From Balanoglossus misakiensis (taxonomy: Eukaryota; Animalia; Hemichordata), in contig CM082596.2 of assembly GCA_040954595.2 (NCBI GenBank), positions 5,902,791-5,966,790 on the forward strand: a stretch of DNA of 64,000 bases, written 5' to 3'. The first letter of the stretch is position 1. Each line of letters begins with the position of its first letter. Below the pieces are notes generated by a model. That model made no database searches. It was not told the origin of the DNA and saw only the letters and a list, made by a program, of their open reading frames with translations. Below are positions 12,001-24,000 of this stretch, piece by piece. The translations under genes were made by a program, and so were the position numbers.

Positions 12001-15000
12001 TTGCTCCTGGAGAAAATCAATTAATCGTTTTTATTTTCCCACTCATTTCTAGGGTGAATCTTATCAGTTTTCTATAAAACTAAAATGATACATTAAAACC
12101 TGTCTAAACTGAACCCTGTCTAATCTGGAAACCTGTCTATAGCAAACACATTTTCCTGTCCCTCTGACATAGAACCACATGTTTAAAGAACCTCTACCAA
12201 CCGGACACCTCTGCAAACTTGACAATTACTTCAGTCCCTTTGGTGTTCGGTTTAGACAGGTTTCACTGTGTTTTAGTTATTGAAAATCCTAGCAAGCTAA
12301 ATGTGTCTGGATTTACCAATATCAAGCAAAGATGAAATTTTACATTCTATTTACAGATCTTGACAGTAAGCGTTAGGCTTTAGATACCAGTAATGTTTGT
12401 TGCCATAACATGATGTTATATGCTTGCATGCAAGTCCGGTGATAAGATTGCGGTGGTAACATTCCAACAAACAATCTAATCTAATGTGACGTTGAGCCCA
12501 TTCATAGATACCAGAAAAATCTTAATCAAGATTTCCATCCATTGAGCAGAACACAATTGTCAAAGTGGTCCATACGCAGACGATAACCTTGTCTGTTGTC
12601 GCTGATTTCACCGTCATAGCCTGGTCAACATTTCAACTTTCACTTCCAAGTTCCATTTTCCAAGGGACTGTGCTAGCATGCGTGATCCTGTGTTAAGATC
12701 AAGGCAGTTGTACTCACTGTGTACAAGACAATAGACTACAAAAAGTCCTGTGTTTGGATGAAGGTGGCCGCATTCACCGAATGCAAGACAATAGCCATAA
12801 TGGCTCATACGTAAACCATGGCCTTGTCCATGTTTTGACCACCTCGTTCAAGTTGTTGTCAAGTTTTCATCCTTCACCTTGAGTAGAAGAACAGAGCGCA
12901 GTCAAGTTCATGGACAGATGGGTTTCATTCCAAATTTCTCCAACCCTGACAGAATGGTTTAGTCCATCAGTAGAGTGATGACACCCAAGTACTTGACCAG
13001 AGACAAGACAAGAGTAACAGTCCTCACTTTAAATACAGGACAATTCAAATTTTGGCCAGCATTAAGCCTCCTTCGTTACCAGACCAAAGGGGTTCACCTA
13101 GTACCTCTGGTCCATATTATTTTCAACCAACTGAAGCCTTCACCTTTTCAAGACCGACACAAACTGTCCCCATTTAATACTCTTGCAGATAAACAATGAA
13201 CCAAAAATCAACAAGTGTTCAATTTATCAAGTGGACGATAATCACAAACTTCGTGACACGAAGTTAATACACCACCCAGTGAAGCAGATATTGCAACATG
13301 AATTTCCTGGAAAGTTTGAATCACTTCCGAATTGTCCTTATTTTCCCAGATACAGATCGGAATTACATGTAGCACATGTTGTTTGGGAATTGACTTGTTG
13401 AAAGCAATTGAGCAAGAACAAAAAGCACTTATGACTAATCTTGTGCCCTTTCAACAGTTTTTAGCACATTTTTGTCACACACGTATTTAGCGTATTGCCG
13501 CCATTGAAACAAAATAGAGTTCAGTTGACAGTGCAGTGTTAGTTACCTCTGGTTCACTATACAAAGGTCAGCCCTCACCTGTGACAACAACGGGTGAAAC
13601 CAAAGCACAGGGGGTGAACAGCATTTCCCGTACGTACGCACATTGAACTTTTATCAGCGAAAATAACAACAAACAGCAGAATAGTGATAAACACGTTTAC
13701 CTCCAGTGTGTATGGTAGCTAAACCTTTTCATTTAAATTAGGTAGTAAAACCATCCTTGGTGAACTGGCTTTAGAAAAATCCATCAGCAGAATTCCTCTT
13801 GTTGCCTGTTCCTCAACACGTCATAGTTTTATGATATAAATCTATCATGCCATCCTTTTCAGTTTGATAAATAGGACAATAAAATCGTCCTTCGCGGGGC
13901 GGTCAGTGAACTGTACTGGGACAGCGCGGAACAGAAATGATGACATCATCCCTATGGGAAAACTCCATTTCCTACAAAACTGCACACGCATTGCCGTTGT
14001 GGGTAAATGACGTAGTTGGGATTTTTGTCAGGTGCCAGCAATGGTGGATTCACCGGACCCACTGAAAATGTGTTACCGGAGATGTCCAGTAGACAGGACC
14101 AGTTCTGTGTATGCATAATTTCTTTACACATCACTTGAATATCCCATATAAATATAATAAGTATAGTTTCCCCTGTTTTGGTAAAATACCATCATTTCTG
14201 ATCACTAATGAAGCCAGGGTTAAGAGTTGAACGATATCATCCTTTCCTATTCTGCATGAACACAGCCTTGTCCAAATACCACTCTGACCTCTTGGGAGCT
14301 AACATCACTGTAAAAATAAAACAAGCCACCGAGACAGACATGTAATTACAAACACATAATCTGGTTTGAACTTTTAAGCCTGGTATTAGATGCTGTATTC
14401 AATAAATCACAGCCCTGCGCCACTGTCAATATGTAACAGTTGTTTAAAACGCCAGTCGGCAAACAGTAACAGTAGAATGCAGTAACCCCTGACATCACGT
14501 CTGGTTGTATAACATTCTAGAACTGGTATTCTCATTTAGTTCTTTTCATTTTGTGTTGTGTTTTTTTAGTCTGAGAACTTTATGAATCCAACATTTACAA
14601 GTATTTTATTGAAAGTGTTTAGCACAGCAGTTATTATTCACCTTTTCGGTTCCATGTCATGGTTCAATTCCAATGTTTTTGGTGGTGTTTTTGGACTTTT
14701 TGACTCGCGAAAAAGGGGGAAAGCTGGTCTGGGAACTGTTTACTTTTCCCTGTGATACAGACAGTTTATATTATAGGTACATGTATGCCCATCTGTCTAC
14801 ACGTCATGCTTGACACAATGCAGAAGTTTGGATCAGACTCGCATTGATCTGCAATCTTCATTACAAACTTGAATCTGCAAATAAAATCACGCTGCCTTGT
14901 TTTGATAGAAGAGGAATACGGTATTAGCACAACAGAAAGACAGACAGTCCTTGATAGATACTGCATATGCATCCATGCTTGTTATTATTCAACCATTGTT

Positions 15001-18000
15001 TTCACTTTAACAAAAGTGTCCCCTCTTTTTTTCCCCTCTCTCTCTCCACATTTGCATCGTGCATGCCTCAAATCCCTGCATTGTTTCACGGTTCGTAATT
15101 TCCTTTCTGCGTGTGAATGCATTCCTGGGACGACGAACGTTGTACGCGCATGGCGCTTTTATATGTATACGGCGTCTGTCTGCTACAGACTGACCTTTAA
15201 ACCGTGGTGTTTTTGATGGATCACAGTGCTATTAATACGGCAGGGAGTGTTGCTTGTACTACTCAGTGCTAGTCATCGTCTCTGCCGCAACAGCCGCACA
15301 AGTGTGAGTGTTTTAACTCTACGCCACCGACCGAAAGTAACCTTCTTTGCTACTTGTTGCCACTTTCATGCCAGCATGATCCAGTTTGCCGTGCTTTTCT
15401 TCCAAGTCTGTTTTACGGTACTGATTTTACTTGGTGTATATCGGTGGTATGTTTTTATTTTTGTTTTACTTTTTAAGTTCAAGATAGCTGCCACTGTCAG
15501 GTGTTTGTGTGTGTGTGTGTCTATCTGCTTATGTTTTCAATACACTGCCACAAACTTCTATGTTTGGAACGTACACAGTCCTGTTAGAATTGGACATTCT
15601 GTAGTTCAGCTACTACAAATTCCACAGTGACAGGTACATGCACCATTTGACAGTGTACATGTATTTGAATGACCTATTTAAATCTGTTTGCTGTCAGGGT
15701 CAACTCAACTATTTCCCCCGTCGTCTCAATAATAAGGTTCATTTTGTTCGATGTTAAACATTACTTCTGGAAGCTGATATCATTTATGATGTTTTATTAT
15801 AGTTTCGATTTATGACACTTTTTGATTATGGCATAAAAAGTAACTGATTCAAATTTGTGGCAATAAGGGCCCCACTTGTTGACACACCTTTTTTCCTGGT
15901 CACCAAATCAGAATTTTCATTAATATGTGATTTGTTGTCAAAAATGACATCGCCAGATTTAGATATTTGGTATCAAAGTAAACAGTTTAACATTCTGAAG
16001 ATTGACCAGTATTGCATGAGTGTGATGTGTGTTCACAGCATATTGACTTTTCAGTTTTTTCAGCAACAAGGTCATAAAGACCACTAGGTTGTTTGAAGTG
16101 TTTCCCTGACAGTTACTATTGACAAACTCTTATTGTAGGTTTCGAACACAGCCAATAACCAAGCCTGAATATGTGGCAGCTAAGGAGCAAATCACACCGA
16201 CGGAAGCAACGGCCGTCGACAGCCCCGCGCGGCAGCCAGTGGAGGAAGAATCCGCCAAGGACGAACTCTCGCAGATGAGCGTGTCCGAGAAGAGGAAACT
16301 CTTCATACAGAAGCAGAAAGAGCTGGAAGCCATGAACGCGGCGGTCGACACCAAACGCAAGCCACGGCGGTTCCAGAAGAGGCTGAGGTCGTCGGAGAGG
16401 TCGCAGACGCAACCGGTCACTCAGGAGGAGGTGAAAACGGCCGTGACACTCGGGGAGGAGGAAGAGGAGGAGAAGACGAAGGCCAAGATCGCGGAGGAAA
16501 TCGAAAAAGCGAAAGAAGACGTCAAGGAGACTGATGAGCTATCGCAGCTCAGTCTGGCGGATAAAATGAACCTCTTTAAGGAGAAAACCCCCGAGAAACC
16601 TCCTCCCAAGGTGGCTGCGCCCACTCGCAAGAAGCGGCAAGGATCGCGGTTCAAGACGCAGCCTGTGACCATCGAGGAGTTGCAGCGCGCCAAGAAGATA
16701 TCCCCGCTGGCCGTCAGCTTCAGCAAGCCGCCGGATCCGGAGCTGCTCGCCACACTGTCCCTGTCGGACCAAATCGCTCTCGTATATGGAGACAAAGCGG
16801 ACAGTGATAGTACGAAACCTGCAGCCGAACAGCCAGGTGCAGCAGCGACGCAACCCAAACAGGATCAGCCCAAATCCGCTCTCCGGAGGAGCTCCGTGTC
16901 CAACCTGGAGAGCAAGGGAATACTGAAAGACCAGGACAAAAAAGACGACAAGGACAAACCCAGAGGAATCCTGAAATCCGAGAAATCGGAGGAACGCGAC
17001 GACGTTCCCAAGGAAGTTCGTAGCATTCTAAAACCGGAACGGCGGGACTCCGAGGAATCTGTGCACGATAGAGTCAAAGGTATTTTGAAATCGGACAGAC
17101 ATGGCTCAGGATCTGAGAAGGAAGATTCGGAGAAGGGAATACTGAAGAAGAAAGATTCTTTCGACAGCCCGGATGAAGGAAGTCCCAGACGTAGCACCGA
17201 GCTACTCAAGAAACCAGACAAGGTCAGTAGCGGGATTTTACTACTTATGCTAGAAATTAGAATTGGGCCCTGAACCAGCAGATTGTTATTCCTGATGTCC
17301 ACTGTACCAGTACTAATCTTTTTAAGAATAGTTCAAACATTTGGTTGTCATTCAACCAAGAAATTATTGCTGATAACACACCACAATAATGTCAAATGCT
17401 TAAATCTCAGTTTAGTGTTATTGGCCTGAACAAAATATTGCCTATCAAGGAGTGATGGATTTCTGAGAACACATTGTATGTGAGTCCTAAAATTTGATCA
17501 TTGAAAAATGCAATTTAGTGGTGGGAACTTCCAGAAAAATTTACAGACCAAAGTCCACTCTGAAGTACATGAATTGCAACAAAACACCTGCATGGCGTCT
17601 ACCTCCTTGTTTTTAAAACTGGGTAATTTTCCAATCAGTGCATAAAACTGATGGAAATTGATAGTTATTGGTCTATAATAAACCTGCCACGAAACTCCAT
17701 GAAATTCTTAGTGACCAGAAAACAACCACAGAACTAGAAAACCAAGGAATTCAAAGTGACCCTTTTAAATAAATCCACATAGAGGAAAACTGAGTCAGTC
17801 AGGTCAAATAACATTTGTCATAGCTAAAAATAGTTTGAGGGATTAAATTTATGTATAATACAAAAACTACCCTCAACATATGTCAAGTAAATATCCACTT
17901 GTTAAATAAAATATTGGCCACTGAAACTTGGTGAGGTTCAGCTCAGAGGTTAAAAGTAATCTGCTTTGCATCAACACAGCTATTCGCCACTTGGACAGTT

Positions 18001-21000
18001 ATGTAAACTTGCATCACCTATTATACCTGTCTTATAAATAGCAAGAAATCATGCAGGCATGTTATGCCTGCCGGGCTTTTGCGGTTTTTTGTCTTGTTTT
18101 GTCTTATCACATGTAAACTAACGCTGACAGATGAAAACAAAGATAGTGTTTACATGTATGTTTGAAATGTGATGACATAACTCGAGCAGAGCAACATGAT
18201 AGTGTTTTTGCATTGGTAAATCATTTCAGAACCCCAGTAATACCTCTGCAGTGCTACCATTGATATGATTACATTGATACACCCAGGGTGAACCCTGGTA
18301 GAATGACTGGGGAACCCTGGTAACATTTACCCAGGTACCGCCCTTAACAAAAACACTGACCATGATGTCTTGGTAATAAGATAGAATAGTCTGTGAGTAC
18401 TTTCTGTAAGTTTTCTTGTTGTTGCAACAGGAAAATATGACTAAAGGTGCCAGGGGATAAGCATATTGGTTGTTCTGACTGATTCAACCAGAAGGGTACA
18501 GCCATTAATCGTGGCCCTTTCTTTGAGGATTGCTGGTAGATACATGAAAACGACTCCTTTCCTTGATTTTTACACAGGGTGTTTTGAAACACCGGGATTC
18601 CGGCTCTGATGTGGAGAAGCGAGAACTGGTGGGAGTTCTCAAACACAAAGATTCACCAGAGGAGAAAGAGAAGACAAGTCCCACCAAAAGTAGACCGAGA
18701 TCCGACATAGCTGAATCACGCAAATCGGAAAGGTAAGACAAAGAAACAAGTTATCCAACACAAGAGAACTGTTATTGAAAAGAAAAGGTTTTGTGTGAGG
18801 GCTGTGTGGGGGCGCTATATGTGTACTTTTTGGGGTGTTCCACTGAACTTGGAATTGGTAGTTGAATGAGTTTCACAGTTTCTATGATAGAATTTGTTTA
18901 CGTCTTGAAAAATAGTACTGCTATTAAGTATTATACCATTCTAAGAAATAGTAAAATGTCTATGGTAAGGCTGAAAAAACAGCTTACATGTACACAACCT
19001 TTGGACCTGGAACAATGACTGTGAAAATTATTTCATCAATACATGCAATTTATTGTAGTTAAGTTATTAACAAAAGGAGGATTACTTTAGTTGAGTATGT
19101 GTGGAATTCCTATATGCTTGTTAAACACGCATCATGGTAAGGATATTTTCTGCTGGATGTTATGTTGATTGGCCCAGCATACAAGGAAACCAGGATGAAA
19201 TGTTTTTAGGGACCGAACCTCATAAGGATCTACGCAGTTTCGTTCAGAATAAACAGCCAGACAGGGAACATCTACATTCAAATCACATCTTGAAAATAAA
19301 AAGTAACTCAAGGTATTATGTTGGCCTTTCTTGTTAGACAGGAAAGGTTTAAAGGTGTGTGACCTATACGTGACCTCAACTTTTTCAACCTCTGATGTCA
19401 AACAAACACTGTAGTTAGACGACTCATAAATATTTACCCTATCATGAATATCCAAGCAGTTTATGAATATTTAAATTAGCTGATCATGATTGATTTGTAC
19501 GGGCAGTTGAATGTTTTGCGCTAATGGCTGCAACATTTACATTTGAATACGCTGAAAACGGTAGACTGGCCATCTATACAACACAGAAAGGGGATTATCG
19601 CAGCTGGCCTCGCAGTGCAGAGGATTGATGAAGAGGAATGATAATATTTCCAGTCATCAGAATCTGTCATCGCTCATCTGTGATGACGTTTTTATAAATA
19701 ATAATTGATCATTGTTTATGCTGAGACTGGTGACGCGTACTTCATCGCAATGTTGACTGACTTTAAATACGCAGAGTGGCGAATCGGAGGGTTGGTCAGA
19801 GTCTGTGTCGAGTACGTATACCTGGCTTCCTTGTTTACATGTGTTTCCTGTTGTCTTTTTTTACTATCATAATGTAAACATTGCTCATATTTATGATGAA
19901 GAGAGTGGATTGGGTACACAGTCTAAGATTTAGATACAGAGGACGGCAGTTTATCTGTACTGTTCCAGGGAGTTCATATAAAATGCCAGTATAGTGAACA
20001 GTTCGATGCATATATATGATAATCAATAGCATATGTATACATTGATTAAGCATCCTACGTAAATCACCTTGCGCTCTACAAATTGGATTTGTGTGGGCCA
20101 GTTTCGTTTTCAAAACGGGAAAAATCGATGATCCTACAATTCCCAACAGTAGCAAGGTCATGTAAGGTGAGTTACAGCTTAACTGGGGTTGAATGCATAA
20201 GTGTGGGGAGGAAGGAAGAGGGAGGGTTTGCTCATCAAACCTGCTTTGCTCATGGTGAACTGATCACCCTGGAATAGTTGTACTGTGTTTTAAATATACC
20301 TGACTGCTGCCAGGCATGTCTAGCTGTTTGGGGAGAGACAGAAATCAGATTGTCTTCAAAGTATGCATTTAATTTCACTACAAGAAGCAAATTCACCTTT
20401 GATCAAATGCCTGTTTTACATTTTTAGTTCATAAATGCTACATTAGTTTTTTTTCTGTGTTAATCAAACAGGTTGCTGTTTTTTCTTAGTTCAGTCACGG
20501 GGTTATCACCTTTATGAAAACATAGCCACACACCAGCATTGTGTCTCTCAGAGCTGGTCTATCAAGATACAAAGCCCTGAGGCTGTGCCAATTCTGTAGC
20601 ATACAAATGTTACCCCTATCACGACATTAACAATGTATATGCATCACAATTCTAATTCAGACGGACAATGATGTGGTCTCAATCTCCCTCAAGAATTCAC
20701 CAAACAGTTCATATGATTACTGTGTCCCCAGAAATAGGACTTGTATAAAAATGTAGAGGCTGGGTCTTTGGCCGCAGCTAGTATACCGGTTACCCTGACT
20801 TAGAAAAGGGCCCCTCATTGTCAAGATGATAGATTTCCCTCTGCTAATGTAGAGTATGTGTAGACAAATTAATGGCAGGTCTAGATGGACAGTTTTATTG
20901 TTACCGTAGTTACCTGTTTCCAAGTTTCACACTGCGGAGAATGACAATGTAATTTTAAGAAGCCAGTGTATATTCAGGTTGTGAAGAGGTTTGATATTAC

Positions 21001-24000
21001 AGGTCCCAGTTATTGTCCATCCTAGCTAATCCCATTTCTTAAAGCAATATGCTTTATTACAGTTATAGTATTCACACAATGCTCTGATCTCTGTTTAATT
21101 GGTCTGCATTATGAACAAATTGGCATCTAATTAGGTCTGTTCAATGACACACCCCTTATTACATGTGTTCTTTCCGAAATGGGCTTCCTGAAAATTTCTG
21201 TTATGTTTTTCATTCGCATGACTTTGTATCACACCATCTGTGGATTTCATCCCTCACTCAAACTTAAAGGGGTGCTAAACTATAGTGTTAATTACATGTA
21301 AATTGCTGCGGCTCTAACAAGATTATCTGTGGTGTGATGTCATTATGTAATACATTCCCAACATGGGGTGTCTAGCCAATGAATGGGCTGGCGTGATCAG
21401 CCCATTCGAATATTCCACAGTTTTACATTTGGCAACACAACCACATTACATGGTTTTTCTGTACCGGCCATTGAGGTAAGAAAGCATATCAGGAATACAA
21501 TGTATGTCAGGGGCTTTAGAATATAATGTTTAACTTGAGTCATGTAAAGCTAAGATGCCTTTAAAAATGCAGAAAGACGGGAGATTTGAGAGAAGTCCTA
21601 TTATGTGCCATTCCTGTTCTTAATTGCTGATGTTTAAATGAGCACTGCTCTTTGTTAGTACTTGGACAGTACTGTGAAACTGCTTCATCATATACCAGGT
21701 GTAAATTTTTGTGCCTTTGGAATTTCTAATTCTCATCTCAATCCCAGCCTTGACAGATATGGGTTCACCAACAGGGGAGAAAATGGGGGATGATTTCGGA
21801 CTATCGTGAAACATTAAGGTATTGTTTAATAGGCATAACTTACCAGCAACTTGAACAAGTGGCTATTTTGACTGTGCTGTAGATGTAGGACAGATCACCA
21901 TGGCACCAACCAGCAACTTCAGTATCTTCTATTTCCAGTGGCATTGACCCTGTTTGGTAATAAGAAGTCAATGTTACTTATTTGTGTGTCCAAGCAAGGT
22001 TTCCCTTCTGTTCAAGGTACAATACAGTTCACAGATGTTTTTGTTTTTACCTCGCAAAAATATAAAAATCATCTATAGTCTTGTTCTTTGTGAAGAGATC
22101 AGTTTGTTTTCCGGAAAATCAAAAATTTGCCCCCAAAACCAGAGTCTGGTATAGTCATTTTGAATTTCAAACGACAACGAATATGAGATAATTTTTTTGT
22201 CCCATTCTAAACATATGTCTCGACGTGACAACCTAAATTTTATCACGAATAGCAAACAATAACATTTTCAGTTGTCCATGAGGAAAGTGTCACCGAAAGT
22301 TCATGAGAGATTTTGCAGCTGTGTGTGTGTTAGAATGAGAGTTAGAGTTCACTGGGCCATGACAAGTCAGGGAATTTTGTCTGGATGAGAAGTAGTTTCC
22401 CTTTTTTTATATAAGTGGCTGCGGTTTGAAATGCAGGTAATTAATGCATTCCCAGCATACCTGTCAAGGAATTTCAAAAACTGAAAAATTCATAAGTAGA
22501 AGTATAGTTTGTCTTTTTTTTGCATCACGCCAGGACAAGTTAATCTCTAGGTTCGGTAGTGCACTGTGGCACAGAATCAAGCTGCAGATTTTCCAGTACT
22601 TTCTAAATAAAATGTAAAGATATTGCAGGAAAAAAAGAAACATCCCTTTTGTCTGGTAGCGGCACACTTACATGTGCATTCACTGAATACAAAGAGTGAC
22701 ATAAATCAGGAAGACTGAGTGGAAATTTGCAGCAACAGTAGATGGGAGGAGGGACTTTGCGATCCGAACAGCGGAACTAATTGCCATTTCTCATTGCTGC
22801 TTCTAATTAGATCAGACTTCCATGCCAAGTTTCTATCTCTCCCCAGACTCTTATCAGCTATGATTTGTTACTTATATTAGTCAGTAGAGTTAATGCACTT
22901 GAATGAAATGCTGGACGAACTTCCAGGTTTGACACGAAAGTGTGTATATCACAGGTATTTGATTACTGTAGCTTTCTCTGGCTGACACGCACCATTACGT
23001 TCACATTGTCCTCTGACATACTTTCCATCTCAATCTCAAGATGGCCGCTCTCCTTAAGATGCAAAATTACGAGAGAAAAATTCAGCTCCATGTTTTCAAA
23101 AGAGGTGGAGTCAAGATGGGGAATACATTAATTTGCTATATTGAACTTTGACCTCTAGAGCAGTGCAACTTGGGAGAAAATGCTCAACTTTATATTAATC
23201 CAAAATATGACATTTTGCTTAAAATCTACAAAGCCCGCACACCACAAGAAATCAGTAAAATTTGTTTTTCATCAGGCTAATCGTGGTGAACTTTGACCTT
23301 GTTTGTTTACGAGTCTTACTCAGTATTGTGCATATGTTTTAACCAGTGACTGGTGATAAATCAGTCTTGTAATTACTGTGTCCTCCAAAATGTCAGACAA
23401 GCTATCGGTTTTATTGCTATGTCCTTCCCACTTTAATAGCCATGCAAATTTTCATTCTCTGCTTTTCCTCACCTATTATTCTTGCAGAGAATAAGGTTTC
23501 AGATTTCTCTTATTGCAATATCTAAATACAGTTTTCATGTCGAGAAAATAATGAGTTCACACGGAAATGATTAGCAGAAACCTTGTAAACATGTGAAAAC
23601 CTGGACTTTGATTTTTAAAAAATTAAGTGGCTAGTAAATATTTCCTGGTGAGTTGTCACATTTCCTGGTGGTCAGCTGTTGCTAAAAGCTAGTTCCTTGC
23701 TGTTGAATTTTAGACCAAGTGTACGGCCATCTGTTTCCTTTCCCATGACAACAAGTATTGACACTGTGGCCTGCTTTTATACCACACTGTGACACAGTGC
23801 CTTCAATGTTTAATATACTGCATTTTTACATCACATTGAATTCAGGATTTGGCTCAGCAACGTATCTTGTGTGTGTGAAAAGCACTGCTGTTGTGATAAA
23901 CCCTGATATAAAGTTTAGAACATTTACCCAACAGAAATACAATTGGTGTACCTTATATCTAATCAAAGTACCGGTTTATTAATTCCCGACAGAAATTTCT

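Noticed and set aside
16116-17302. Minus-strand ORFs of 96-145 aa
   Set aside because: Antisense to a GC-rich supervillin exon.
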